Source of the DNA: a virus | Taxonomy: Duplodnaviria > Caudoviricetes | Reading direction: 5' to 3' (one strand) | DNA: 63,715 nucleotides | IMG/VR virus record: IMGVR_UViG_3300025030_000014 | Location: 1-63,715 of that record | In this document: positions 1 to 9,187 of the stretch, piece by piece | Numbering within the stretch: position 1 is the first letter of the stretch | Layout of the letters: each line of letters begins with the position of its first letter | Position numbers and translations under genes: made by a program | Notes under the pieces: generated by a model | The model's database searches: none | Told to the model about the DNA's origin: nothing | The model's input: only the letters and a program-made list of their open reading frames with translations

Positions 1-127
1 ACCAGCCGAGTGAGGTAGAAGCAAGAAAGAGAATAGTGTCAATCACAGCGAAGATGATTGAGAGCATTTGTAGCTTAATCTCAGGAGAGTTGAGCATCGA
101 AGGGGCGTACTTGTCGAGATAGTAGAC
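1..127. repeat. Terminal direct repeat (copy 1), probably the assembler circular overlap
   Basis: Bases 1-127 are identical to 63589-63715. The length of 127 matches a common assembly k-mer, and an ORF reads through the junction. Confidence 0.95.
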
Positions 128-517
128 ACAATATGCCATCAACAGCCCCATCATTACCTGATAGAACACAGTAGATCCAGGACGGACTAGATTGTTAAAC
201 GCATCAGTAACTACAGCAAGGGAAAGTCTCCAGCCAGTGAGTTTTGTTCCAGAGCTAACCATAGGAGCTGTGAAGACTTCATAGCTCTTATCCTGCAGGG
301 CAGCATCAGTAGAGATAGTAAGCTTCTCAATATCAATCTCGGAAATCTTTACAAGTCTTGCGTATTCTTTATCTGCAAGAGCTTCAGAGTAGCGATTGTT
401 CTCTTTGAGAATGAGTAGATCAGCCTTGGCCTTCTTAGCCTCAGCGAACTTATCCACTACTGAACCTATCAGCCCTGTAAGCCCACCAAGCAACGGAATC
501 AATCCTGTAAGTAGCAT
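1..517 (-). CDS. Putative 3TM holin (GTA_holin_3TM/DUF3154-like), 5' part; continues across the junction to the stop at 63548
   Basis: Not in the ORF track; translated by hand from ATG 517 (overlaps the upstream TGA): MLLTGLIPLLGGLTGLIGSVVDKF...FNNLVRPGSTVFYQVMMGLLMAYCVYY...IIFAVIDTILFLASTSLGWWFGVRGMSLRGKK*. It has an RP motif, hydrophobic segments, a WWFG motif and a basic tail, and lies next to the DUF5675 gene. Confidence 0.75.
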   Translation of the reverse strand, partial: MLLTGLIPLLGGLTGLIGSVVDKFAEAKKAKADLLILKENNRYSEALADKEYARLVKISEIDIEKLTISTDAALQDKSYEVFTAPMVSSGTKLTGWRLSLAVVTDAFNNLVRPGSTVFYQVMMGLLMAYCVYYLDKYAPSMLNSPEIKLQMLSIIFAVIDTILFLASTSLGW

Positions 518-924
518 CACCTTATCTCCAGCATAAAGGGTTTAAACTCAGTATACTTCACGAGTTTGTCCATTGCTTCTCTACTACGAGCTATAACCTT
601 CTGCCCATCAAACTTCGCTAATGCCATCCCTACAAGAATACACCCAAGAATCTCAGACCTCTTACCAAGTTCTTTATCCCCGCAATAATTCCCAGAGTGA
701 GTAAGGATATAACTGCGATGCTTAGTATCTGATAGTATAAAATGCTTACCCCTACTAGTGACTCTAGGAGTACATGTGTATATTCCTGTAGGTATGCAAC
801 TAACTCCATTTCTATCTTCTTTCCAAGGAAGCTCTCCTGAGTACATCAAGAGAGCTTCTCCACATAGTATCCCGAACGTACCATCTGGGGTAGAGGCTCC
901 ACGAGTGAGGACTAGTTCTATCAT
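517..924 (-). CDS. DUF5675-family protein (lysis-module, endolysin-like)
   Basis: Motifs LTR..TPDGTFG, ELPWKED..SCIPTGIY, ILTHSGN and GCILVG are typical of DUF5675; membrane-protein genes flank it. Confidence 0.75.
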   Translation of the reverse strand: MIELVLTRGASTPDGTFGILCGEALLMYSGELPWKEDRNGVSCIPTGIYTCTPRVTSRGKHFILSDTKHRSYILTHSGNYCGDKELGKRSEILGCILVGMALAKFDGQKVIARSREAMDKLVKYTEFKPFMLEIR

Positions 925-1160
925 TGCTTATGATTCCCATGATGTTGAGTTTCGATGATAATGAGTCTAGTATCAATCTTATCAACAGAGGAGTCAAGTT
1001 CCTCTAATGTCTTCCCTTGACTCTTAATCCTGCTATTAATCGAACCTACTATGTACTTAATCGAGAACCCTATAACGGATAATAGAATGCCCACGACACT
1101 TACAAGTGCCGCAATTACCTTAGCAGAGTTCTCAGGATCAATTGGGATGGTTGTCACCAT
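921..1160 (-). CDS. Small membrane protein with coiled coil (lysis accessory/holin-like)
   Basis: One TM helix followed by an amphipathic coiled coil; within the lysis cluster. Confidence 0.55.
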   Translation of the reverse strand: MVTTIPIDPENSAKVIAALVSVVGILLSVIGFSIKYIVGSINSRIKSQGKTLEELDSSVDKIDTRLIIIETQHHGNHKQ

Positions 1161-1323
1161 AGTTAGATTCTCCTACACAGTATCCTACAGCTACTATGAC
1201 ATCAACTACTAGGCGCAGAATGATTATAAGAAACAAGATACAAACTCCCCAGATAAGGGAGTTCAGGGTTAGGGCGAATAATCCAAGAAAAGTACTTATC
1301 AGGAATAAGAAGTCCTTAAACAT
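1138..1323 (-). CDS. Small hydrophobic membrane protein
   Basis: Two hydrophobic segments; abuts both neighbouring genes. Confidence 0.45.
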   Translation of the reverse strand: MFKDFLFLISTFLGLFALTLNSLIWGVCILFLIIILRLVVDVIVAVGYCVGESNYGDNHPN

Positions 1324-1920
1324 CTACCCAATCCTTTCCCCTTCAATAGGAGTCACGTCTATCGGCTGGTTGGAGATCTCGTGCATGGAAGTTTTACTCT
1401 GCGCGGCCATAGCTAGAAAAGAGCCGAAGTCTACTGGCCCGATGTTGTTGATAGTGCCGACAGTGGGAGCTTTGGGCATTACGGATTCGAGGAGATAGCA
1501 GGAAGCGCGGTAGTCGCCTTCAGCAACCTTTTCTACAATGTTCTCCGCAGCTTTAAGAGAGGCACTCTTCATCAGCTCCTTAGCCTGAGCTAGAATGTCA
1601 ATCTTAGTCTCTAACTCACGACCTTTCATCCTAGGATCACGCAGGACTTTAAGCGCGTATCCTCCACCATTATAGTGCTTCCCAGCTTGTAGGGCTGCTT
1701 TAGAGAATGAGGGCTTCCCGAACATCTTATGCAGCTCTGTACCATTTGCCCCCATAGCGTGTAAGTCTGCCATGAGGATTTGTTTTAGCTTGAGGGGCTT
1801 AGTGGGATCAAACATGGCTCCCTGCTTACCTCCCTTTGGTCTAAAGTAATGGTTACTTGTGGCGAAGTCAACTCCTTCACCGAACTGAATCTCCGCCAGT
1901 ATGCGCTTTGCTGCCGACAT
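1324..1920 (-). CDS. Candidate terminase small subunit
   Basis: 198-aa helical protein with a low-complexity C-terminus ending IDVTPIEG, as in many TerS. It lies upstream of TerL on the same strand. No diagnostic motif. Confidence 0.35.
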   Translation of the reverse strand: MSAAKRILAEIQFGEGVDFATSNHYFRPKGGKQGAMFDPTKPLKLKQILMADLHAMGANGTELHKMFGKPSFSKAALQAGKHYNGGGYALKVLRDPRMKGRELETKIDILAQAKELMKSASLKAAENIVEKVAEGDYRASCYLLESVMPKAPTVGTINNIGPVDFGSFLAMAAQSKTSMHEISNQPIDVTPIEGERIG

Positions 1921-2186
1921 AAGGGTATATCTCCTGTGGTTATCTTAATCATCTATAGAATCCTCTGTTGAGTGCTTACGATATGGCTCTGGGACTACGC
2001 AAGTTTTAGTATGAATACACTGTACCAGATTGCCTCGATGATGGCAATAGGTTGTGGGACTGTTCGGGCATCTTTTAAGAGTGTCTAGGTAGCACTCAGG
2101 GACTGTAGTAGTTTCCATTGAGAACTCCTTAGTAGAATAACAAAGAGGGCTAGTGATGGATTACTATCCCTCCTTGAAAGTAAGTT

Positions 2187-2423
2187 TTACATACGGGCTA
2201 GAATAACCAGTCCTACACTCAACACACCGCCAAGGGTAGTAGCGATAATATCATTAAGCTCAACCGTGCCTCCGTGAAAGTGGTCATAGACCTCTTTTCC
2301 GATGGCAACAGCCAGCACTGGGATGCAGGCATATCCGCCGATGAGTAAGGCCGAGGTGCCAATGAGAGCGCCCCAGATAGCGTGGTTTGCTTTGTCTTCA
2401 GGGATGATTGGAAGTTTAATCAT
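2187..2423 (-). CDS. Small membrane protein (DKxxH...KExxD...DxxA type)
   Basis: DKANHAIWG, GKEVYD and DIIAT motifs with TM segments. Confidence 0.6.
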   Translation of the reverse strand: MIKLPIIPEDKANHAIWGALIGTSALLIGGYACIPVLAVAIGKEVYDHFHGGTVELNDIIATTLGGVLSVGLVILARM

Positions 2424-2788
2424 GCATCTTCCCCCGCGTCTTCCCCCGCGTCTCTTGCATCTCGCGCTGCCGCTTCTGCCCGATAGAGTGAGTAAAGAAC
2501 GATCTGCACCATGCCGTAGGTACGGGCGATTGCCAGCAAAGTTGCATCGTCCAGTACCGAGTCGTCCAAAGGATTGAGCAGTATGAGCGGCTGCATCAGG
2601 TCTGTGAGTTCGACGGGCAGTTGTCCAATCCCATCCTTGACGTTCTTCGTGCCGTCCACATAGAGCGAAATTTCCTGCTCATTAAAGATGATTTTCGGTA
2701 TGGCCTCAAACTCGTTGTAGCCAGAGAATGAACCAACACGACAATAAGTTGTTCCGGCTGCGGTCGTTTTTTCTTTATAGAGTGACAT
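2420..2788 (-). CDS. Hypothetical protein, probably a tail-fibre chaperone/accessory
   Basis: Directly downstream of the tail fibre, with an AGGAG RBS and the same composition as the fibre C-terminus. Confidence 0.5.
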   Translation of the reverse strand: MSLYKEKTTAAGTTYCRVGSFSGYNEFEAIPKIIFNEQEISLYVDGTKNVKDGIGQLPVELTDLMQPLILLNPLDDSVLDDATLLAIARTYGMVQIVLYSLYRAEAAARDARDAGEDAGEDA

Positions 2789-2807
2789 TTTGATTCTCCT
2801 TTAAAGT

Positions 2808-4865
2808 TTAAGCTATGGTTGCGCCCGTATTCATTGCCCATCCACTTGCCGTCCAGATCAAGGATATTCCCTTTCCTAGCGGGTTAGCGGCGAAGGTTAT
2901 CGTTGCCCCACCGAGTAAGGTTGTAGGTGTTATTACCAGTGAGTCACCGGCATTAGATACCGCCTTGACATAAATGTTGATTATCTGCCCGACTGTTGTT
3001 CCATTGGCTAACGTTGCCACGGCTGCGCCGGTTATTGAGACTTCGCAGTTGGTTGAGGTGATGGGGATGGCCGAGGTTGTGGATGTTACTGCCGCTGTGG
3101 TGGGCGTGACGTTTATCGATTTGGCAAAAATCACCGCGCCTGTATTTAAAACTCTTATTGCCTCCAGCCAAGTGATCGCAGCATTAGCACTTCCTGATGG
3201 TGCTACCCTGAAGTATAGCTCACCGAGGGCAGTTAAAAATTGTGAAGCATGGCTGGCTGTTTTGTATTTCCATATACCATCGTAATAGGCATTAGTCATG
3301 AAGACCATGCTCTTATCAATACCAACCTTATCGTAAAAAATCGAACCATGTGGGAACTCTATTGCGCCGTAGTTTGAGTGCCAGGAGGCAGGCGTAACCC
3401 CCGCTAGAGCCATATTCCCACTATCCAACACGGTGAACTTCACCGCATCAGCAGAGTCTTGAACTTGTAACGCAACGCCAGTCGTGGTGCCGGTGCCTTT
3501 AATTTGGACTCTTGCTGCGGTAGGGATGACGCCGACACCGAAGTTGCCACCTTGAAATCTAGCCCATTCAACAAATGAGTTAAGATCGGTTGCTACAGTC
3601 AAACCCCCTACTGATAGGTGGCCGTTGCCCCCAGTCGGCAGAAACCATCTCACCTCATTTGCTCGTATTCCAAACCCGTATTTAGCGGATGCACTCTCAA
3701 AGAGTAATAGTTTACCGTCCCCCACAGAAGAGCCTAGAGACAGGCCGGTAAACGTCGGAGAGTCTGCTGTTGTCAATCCCGCAACTGCCGCCTGATTAAG
3801 TGTGCCAAGGCTTTTATCGCCCTTGAGATATTGTGCCGTAGTGCCCGCCGTGATAGCAGGCTCTGCTCCAACATCGGCAGCAGTCAGAACAACGACTCCA
3901 GCTTTTGTGTTGACAGAAGAGACTGCTCCTCCTGCCGCCCATGTCCCGTCATCTTTGAGAAATAGTCCGGTAGGTGAGCCCGTTGCAGGAACGCCGCCTT
4001 TCTTTGTGGCGGATACGGCGGGCAGTTTATCTCCGTCTATGGTGATTGACGCCCACCATGCCGTGACAAGTTGCACCAGGCGCTGCACTCCCCAGCTGTA
4101 GAGGGTACCAGAAACATCAGCAACATCCTCAGCTTGTTCTTGCGTAGGCGCAGAGGGATTAGCCTGAGCATCACTAGGTGCATGTGCTACTTGACTATGA
4201 TCGTAAGCTGTCTTACCTCTATCTCCACGATAAGCAGTGCTGGAAGTTTCTCCAAGAGCTAAGGAGGCAGAGATTTCTACATAGACTGTGCCACTCCAGC
4301 GGTAGGTGAGGTTAGTGTCAAGAGTGAGGTAGATCTTAGCAGATTCTCCAGTTACAGGAAATGCTGCAAGGTTGGCATATTCTAGTATGTCATCTACGTA
4401 AGAGGGTAGTTGGGAAGCTGGGACGAAGCCATCTACTAAGTCAGCTTTACCAGAAAGATCTTGGATATCAGTTCCAGCAGAGTGGATTTTAGCAATCTCT
4501 GTATCGGGGACTAGTGAATAGCCAGTGACTTTTTCTACTAAGTTGGAGAGATCTTGGTTATCACTACTTGGAGCATGGAGGTTAGACTTCTCGGTGTCAG
4601 TTACATAGTTGTCATCTTCCCCAAGAGAAGCCCCAGTAGGGGTATACGTATCTACTACCCAGGAGTAAAGTTGGTTAGTATCAAGAGTAACGTAGAGTAT
4701 AGAAGAGCTACCAAGAGCTGGAAGCGCTGCTAGGTTAGCTACCTGAACTACAGAAGCAGCCACCATGCCTATTTTGGAGACTGCGACTTCTAGGTTGGTG
4801 GTAGCAGAGGTAATAGGGTTTCTTCCAAGTTCTACCACGACTACAGGAGCGTTAGCGTTTATCAT
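2808..4865 (-). CDS. Tail fibre / receptor-binding protein
   Basis: 685 aa, rich in G/S/T/A. Duplicated LAALP..G.S..LY.TLDTN..Y.W unit, plus VSSVNTKAGVVVLTAADVG and GNFGVGVIP beta-repeat motifs common in phage fibres. Confidence 0.8.
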   Translation of the reverse strand: MINANAPVVVVELGRNPITSATTNLEVAVSKIGMVAASVVQVANLAALPALGSSSILYVTLDTNQLYSWVVDTYTPTGASLGEDDNYVTDTEKSNLHAPSSDNQDLSNLVEKVTGYSLVPDTEIAKIHSAGTDIQDLSGKADLVDGFVPASQLPSYVDDILEYANLAAFPVTGESAKIYLTLDTNLTYRWSGTVYVEISASLALGETSSTAYRGDRGKTAYDHSQVAHAPSDAQANPSAPTQEQAEDVADVSGTLYSWGVQRLVQLVTAWWASITIDGDKLPAVSATKKGGVPATGSPTGLFLKDDGTWAAGGAVSSVNTKAGVVVLTAADVGAEPAITAGTTAQYLKGDKSLGTLNQAAVAGLTTADSPTFTGLSLGSSVGDGKLLLFESASAKYGFGIRANEVRWFLPTGGNGHLSVGGLTVATDLNSFVEWARFQGGNFGVGVIPTAARVQIKGTGTTTGVALQVQDSADAVKFTVLDSGNMALAGVTPASWHSNYGAIEFPHGSIFYDKVGIDKSMVFMTNAYYDGIWKYKTASHASQFLTALGELYFRVAPSGSANAAITWLEAIRVLNTGAVIFAKSINVTPTTAAVTSTTSAIPITSTNCEVSITGAAVATLANGTTVGQIINIYVKAVSNAGDSLVITPTTLLGGATITFAANPLGKGISLIWTASGWAMNTGATIA

Positions 4866-4866
4866 A

Positions 4867-5217
4867 CTATACCTCCCTAGAGACTGTGGAGTTTATGAGA
4901 GCGGAGAAGGATAGGAGGGTGATGGATTTGTTAAGTGCTGTGCGAAGTCGGAGGTCTCCGTAGATTGTGGAGCCTACTAGGTCCGCGAGATCTGCTTTAG
5001 CAAAGGTAGTGGTGATTATGTCAGAAGCTACTGAGCAAGTTCCTTGAGCAATGAGGGTTCCTGTGTTGGCATCGGGAGTAGTACGGATTTGAGCAAAAGG
5101 AGTAGCTCCGGTGAGGGAGATAGCTACTCCGCTGTCGGTCATGGAGAAGGTGATTACTACGTCATCATCGTCGTAGAAATCCCACTCACGTTTTATAGGA
5201 AGCTTTTCTACTTGCAT
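4867..5217 (-). CDS. BppU-like Ig-fold virion protein
   Basis: Pattern ISLTGATPFAQIR...IYGDLRL...TVSR resembles the baseplate upper-protein N-terminal domain; adjacent to the fibre gene. Confidence 0.5.
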   Translation of the reverse strand: MQVEKLPIKREWDFYDDDDVVITFSMTDSGVAISLTGATPFAQIRTTPDANTGTLIAQGTCSVASDIITTTFAKADLADLVGSTIYGDLRLRTALNKSITLLSFSALINSTVSREV

Positions 5218-5229
5218 GGGTAGCTCCTT

Positions 5230-5267
5230 AAAAAGAGGATGCTAGGCAGGAGGAGGCCTAGCATCCT
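5230..5267 (-). terminator. Rho-independent terminator
   Basis: 12-bp stem AGGATGCTAGGC/GCCTAGCATCCT followed by a T-tract on the minus strand. Confidence 0.7.
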
Positions 5268-5291
5268 GATTGCAACTAGAGAAGGAGAGGA

Positions 5292-5663
5292 TTAGGTCGG
5301 GTCGGTGAAGACGATAGCGAATGCAGGGGAATCCCAGACATCAGTGGTCAGGACTGCTTGGGAAGTTACAGAGGTTCCTGTAAGCAAGGTATCAGCCGAG
5401 ACAAGCACTGCGTAGGTGATAGTACCATTGGCAGAAGGTGCGAGGTCGTTGATAGCGTTTACTGTAAGCTTGCGGCCACTAACATCTCCATCAGCGGGGC
5501 CGGTGAAGTCAGCAGCGGTGAGTGCGGCAGAGGAGCAGAGAGTTACGGCAGCTACTCCAGCAAAGTTAGCGGGTTCAGCAGAGCAGAAGACAAGGGAAGT
5601 AGCACCGTTCTTGATGATGTTGAGTGCTGCGTCGAATACCGAGTTGTCGTATTTTTTAGCCAT
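5292..5663 (-). CDS. Virion structural protein
   Basis: A/T/S/G-rich with GDVSGRKLTV and GTITYAVL motifs typical of small phage tail/decoration proteins; AAGGAG RBS. Confidence 0.65.
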   Translation of the reverse strand: MAKKYDNSVFDAALNIIKNGATSLVFCSAEPANFAGVAAVTLCSSAALTAADFTGPADGDVSGRKLTVNAINDLAPSANGTITYAVLVSADTLLTGTSVTSQAVLTTDVWDSPAFAIVFTDPT

Positions 5664-5675
5664 GAGGAGGACTCC

Positions 5676-6092
5676 TTAGTTTTGAGTTAGAGTTATGAGT
5701 TCGATGGTAGAGGCAGAGGAGAGGTCAGCGATGACTAGGAGGCCACCAGCAAGAGCTAGGACAATCTCTTCGATGGTAGAAGCTCCGGTGACATCAGCTA
5801 TCACGAGGTCTTTGTCAATAGTCAGGGTTATGTTACCGATGGTGGAAGCTGAGGTTATGCTAGCCACTGTGAGGTTCTTGTCTACGATGTACGTCCACTT
5901 GATATTAGCAGCGGGGATACCGAGGCTACGGAGGCCATCTATAGAGGCTTGGGTAGTAGCATCAGGAGTCGTGCCGCCGTCAGAGGAATCTCCATAGACG
6001 TATAGGAGAAGTTGCGGGCAGACTCCTAGGAGGTCTAGGAGAGTAGGTCGAGCCTCGTTGTTCAGAGCTAGGTTGGTGCATAACTGGCTCAT
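5676..6092 (-). CDS. Hypothetical virion-associated protein with C-terminal repeats
   Basis: Three repeats of approximately L.IA.(I/V/L)(T/S).ASTI..I.L at the C-terminus. Confidence 0.55.
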   Translation of the reverse strand: MSQLCTNLALNNEARPTLLDLLGVCPQLLLYVYGDSSDGGTTPDATTQASIDGLRSLGIPAANIKWTYIVDKNLTVASITSASTIGNITLTIDKDLVIADVTGASTIEEIVLALAGGLLVIADLSSASTIELITLTQN

Positions 6093-6095
6093 AGG

Positions 6096-6437
6096 TTAGT
6101 TACTCCCATAGAGGAACATAGAAGCAGTGGCGTCCCCTCCAGAAGCGTTGGAGATGGAGAAACGGACATAGGGAGCAACTCTTGCGAATCTAAATGCTCC
6201 AGTTGTACCTGCTGCGAGAGTAGCATTCCCAGGGATATTGCTGACAGTCTCTTCAAACACTACAGTGCTACCATCGTTACTCTGCTGAACCTTTACTGTG
6301 ACTACAGCGTCACTCTTACAATTGCCCACAAGGGCTGGCATGTTCCACGGAGTTTCCCCGCGCTCGATGTTCCATGTAGAGGAGTATGTCGCCCCTGTCG
6401 CTATTACTTCGTCTATCGTACTACCTCGTATAACCAT
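6096..6437 (-). CDS. Hypothetical beta-sandwich virion protein (first gene of the late operon)
   Basis: VKVQQSNDGST and APYVRFSISN motifs; AAGGAG RBS. Confidence 0.55.
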   Translation of the reverse strand: MVIRGSTIDEVIATGATYSSTWNIERGETPWNMPALVGNCKSDAVVTVKVQQSNDGSTVVFEETVSNIPGNATLAAGTTGAFRFARVAPYVRFSISNASGGDATASMFLYGSN

Positions 6438-6725
6438 CCTCTTACTCCTTTGCTAGGGTTACTTGCTCTACGCCTCTAGGATGACTCTACTATACCTCAT
6501 ACTCCGCAAAGTTACAAGACTTAGTCCTCTACCCCACTCACTCAGAAACGCCAAATTCTATTTCTGGAAAATTTTCACTTTACTACTCAGAGGTGTTTAA
6601 TAGGTAGGTTTTGGGAAATTTAGTAGAGCCTTGAAAGTACTCACTCAGAAATCGAAAACTACAATCTCACGTCATCAGACTGCCCCACCTGATGCTCGTA
6701 CTTTTATATTTCTGGAGCCTCCTTT

Positions 6726-6774
6726 TTGGCACGATAATTGTTGCACTAAATAAAATACTTGGCACGATAATAGC
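6726..6774 (+). promoter_or_regulatory. Tandem sigma54-like -24/-12 boxes
   Basis: TTGGCACGATAAT occurs twice, 33 bp apart. The second has canonical GG-N10-GC (6761-6774); the first has GG-N10-GT. Confidence 0.45.
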
Positions 6775-6883
6775 GTACTTGTAAAGGTGCGGGGAAGGTG
6801 TATAGTGTAAGGGAAGTCAGGAAAGGAAGGGTAGCAAGTGATCCCAGGTAGTAGAAAAAATGCAGAGAGTAGAAAATAAATGC

Positions 6884-6912
6884 TTGACAAGTAGAAAGAT
6901 GTTAGATATACT
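6884..6912 (+). promoter_or_regulatory. Sigma70 early promoter
   Basis: TTGACA-N17-TATACT immediately upstream of the first + strand gene. Confidence 0.85.
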
Positions 6913-6943
6913 CTTTACAAGATCAAAGAGAGGAGATAAGGAA

Positions 6944-7144
6944 ATGACAGTTAACCAGATCCAATATCAGATTGACCTATTGACAGAAGAACGAAATGGA
7001 CAGCCTGCAAAATATCATGCTGATTATAACAAGGGGATTAAACTCTTGCAAAGAGGTATGGTAAAGCAGGCAAAGCTGGAAAAAGAATTGCAAGAGGTAG
7101 TAGAACAATTGGATAGAGATTACTTTAGTTGGTGTAAGTCTTAA
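6944..7144 (+). CDS. Hypothetical early protein
   Basis: ATG 6944 follows AGGAG/AAGG, downstream of the sigma70 promoter. Confidence 0.65.
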   Translation: MTVNQIQYQIDLLTEERNGQPAKYHADYNKGIKLLQRGMVKQAKLEKELQEVVEQLDRDYFSWCKS

Positions 7145-7201
7145 CACGTAGCCTAGAGCTACCATAACAGGCAAGTCATAGAGCTTGCAACGGAGGAAAG
7201 T

Positions 7202-7825
7202 ATGTCAAACTTCAAGTGGGAAAAGAAGTCAAACGAGACAGCAACGGAAGGGCGGGTTTTTAGTGGTACTATCAACGGGATGAAAAAGACGGTAACGAAT
7301 ATTCGTTATACGATCAATGTTCCGACGTTTACAACGCTGGAAGATTTTTGCAAGGAAGCGTCCAGCATGAGTGACGCGGGGAAGATGAATTTGCTATCGC
7401 TTGTCACGGTAGCAGTATCAAACGCTTACATGAACAAAGCAACGGAACTTGTGGCGCGTGATATTCCGGTGGAGGATTTTACCCTTGAACAGTTCTTTAC
7501 CATGTCAGGGAACAGGGAGGGAGTGGGCAAAGCGATTGAACAGGCCGAGGAGGAGCTTGTTACACTGTCTGCGGAAAGAATGGAAGCGTTGTCAGCCGTC
7601 AACAATATCCTTACGGATGTTATCAGCGGGAAAGTGAAGATGGCAGATGCACCGACATTGCAACAGGAGTTGACAGCACAAGTTGCTGATATTGACGTGA
7701 AGGTAGCAGAGGTTAAGGCAAGGTTGGTTAAGTTGGAGGGGATTAAAGCAGAGCAAGCGGAGAAGAACAAAATTCGTGGTCTTGCTGCAGCAGCGAGTAG
7801 GAAGGCGAATGCAGAAGCCAAGTAG
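7202..7825 (+). CDS. Hypothetical early protein with C-terminal coiled coil
   Basis: 207 aa; GGAGG RBS; long heptad-rich C-terminal half. Confidence 0.75.
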   Translation: MSNFKWEKKSNETATEGRVFSGTINGMKKTVTNIRYTINVPTFTTLEDFCKEASSMSDAGKMNLLSLVTVAVSNAYMNKATELVARDIPVEDFTLEQFFTMSGNREGVGKAIEQAEEELVTLSAERMEALSAVNNILTDVISGKVKMADAPTLQQELTAQVADIDVKVAEVKARLVKLEGIKAEQAEKNKIRGLAAAASRKANAEAK

Positions 7826-7916
7826 CACAAGCGTTTGAATGTTTAACAGGGTGCTAGGTTATGAGACTAGCACCCGATTAAGCAGTTAAACAACTAACTG
7901 AAGAGGAGATAAAGCC

Positions 7917-8123
7917 ATGTTTATTCATGATGCTACGAAAATGAGCAAAGAAGCAAGGGTGTTAAACTTCTGCAATTGTGGGCAAAGGCTTGTGATATTT
8001 TTAGACAAGGTAGAAGGGGAGACAGTATTAAGTTTTGGTTGCGATGCATGTAATTGTGGAACGTCTGTTAATATTGGAAAACAGACGGAAAAACAGTTAA
8101 GGCATTGGATAGAAGCAAGTTAG
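7917..8123 (+). CDS. Small zinc-ribbon-like protein
   Basis: CNCG...CDAC motifs; GAGGAG RBS. Confidence 0.6.
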   Translation: MFIHDATKMSKEARVLNFCNCGQRLVIFLDKVEGETVLSFGCDACNCGTSVNIGKQTEKQLRHWIEAS

Positions 8124-8144
8124 CAAATAAAGAACGTCAGGTTA

Positions 8145-8180
8145 CAAAATCCCCTTACAGTAGATTGTAAGGGGATTTTG
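8145..8180. terminator. Bidirectional terminator-like hairpin
   Basis: CAAAATCCCCTTACA-loop-TGTAAGGGGATTTTG perfect inverted repeat with A/T tracts. Confidence 0.7.
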
Positions 8181-8312
8181 GCGTTTGAAGCGTCTGGAGA
8201 GTAGGAAAGGGGAAGGATTACTTTTAAACTCTCCAGACTAGTCAAGCAGGAAAAACGCTCACTCACTTATAACGCCCAAAATGGGCAAATAAGGCCAAAG
8301 GAGGATAAAGGC

Positions 8313-8519
8313 ATGATTGACGTTAAGGGGAGGGATTTTAAGGGCTTCAGGACGGCAAAACGCTCGAATCAGCATGGGAAAATGGCGCAATTCTACAGGG
8401 CTCCGAAAACGCCCAAAATGAGCGATAACGCTCTCCTGCTACTAGGCGCAAGCTGCATAGTGCTAGGGACGTGGTTAGCTGTAGTCGTGATCTGCGGGAT
8501 GTTAGCAGAGATTGGTTAG
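8313..8519 (+). CDS. Small membrane protein
   Basis: Basic N-terminus, one C-terminal TM helix; AAGGAGG RBS. Confidence 0.6.
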   Translation: MIDVKGRDFKGFRTAKRSNQHGKMAQFYRAPKTPKMSDNALLLLGASCIVLGTWLAVVVICGMLAEIG

Positions 8520-8578
8520 GAGTGCCTGGGAGTTTCTCTCTCTCTCTTATAACCTAATAACTTTTGAGGAGATTTATC

Positions 8579-8821
8579 ATGCAATCTGACTATTTTCACC
8601 TTGGAAAACTAGAAGCGTTTGGAAAAATGCAGCATAGAACGTGTAAAGCAGAAAATGCTGTATTAGCAGATAAGATAGATGCATATTGTAATCAGCATAA
8701 CATTACATGGTATAAGCCAGGTAATGCTTATGTGGCGAAGTTATTAGTAAAGATTAGATTTAAATCTGCAAGTTCTCAGGAGTTAGCAGATTATCAAGCA
8801 GGTAAGACTAGTTCTCTCTAG
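8579..8821 (+). CDS. Hypothetical protein
   Basis: GAGGAG RBS before ATG 8579. Confidence 0.55.
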   Translation: MQSDYFHLGKLEAFGKMQHRTCKAENAVLADKIDAYCNQHNITWYKPGNAYVAKLLVKIRFKSASSQELADYQAGKTSSL

Positions 8822-9187
8822 TAACTCTTTCACTCTGTACTATGATCTTCTTTCGTAGTACAGATTAAAGGAGTTAGTAAAAATGAGTGAGTGTTTTCGA
8901 AACGCTGCGCGATGCTGATTTGGGGGAGCGTAGGCGAGACTATAGGGGAGAAGAGAAGGGCTGTCAGAATGGCGCACAGAGCTTCTGAGCTATGGTTTCT
9001 AAATCCCTCTTTCTTCTTTCTTGCACGTAGGTCGCTTTCTAGTGGTCATGCCAAGTTTGAGGACAAAAGCATTATAATTTCTCTGCCTATTTTCTGTGCA
9101 AATCTTTGGCACGAATCTTGTCATTGAAGTTAGCTTCTAGAGTTGTATAGCGCTTGAAGATCAATACTATATCTTGTATGTAAGTGA

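Noticed and set aside
1-127. Biological direct terminal repeat
   Set aside because: The length equals a typical assembly k-mer and it falls in the middle of a gene.
2808-4865. Diversity-generating retroelement acting on tail fibres
   Set aside because: No reverse transcriptase and no TR/VR repeat pair were seen.
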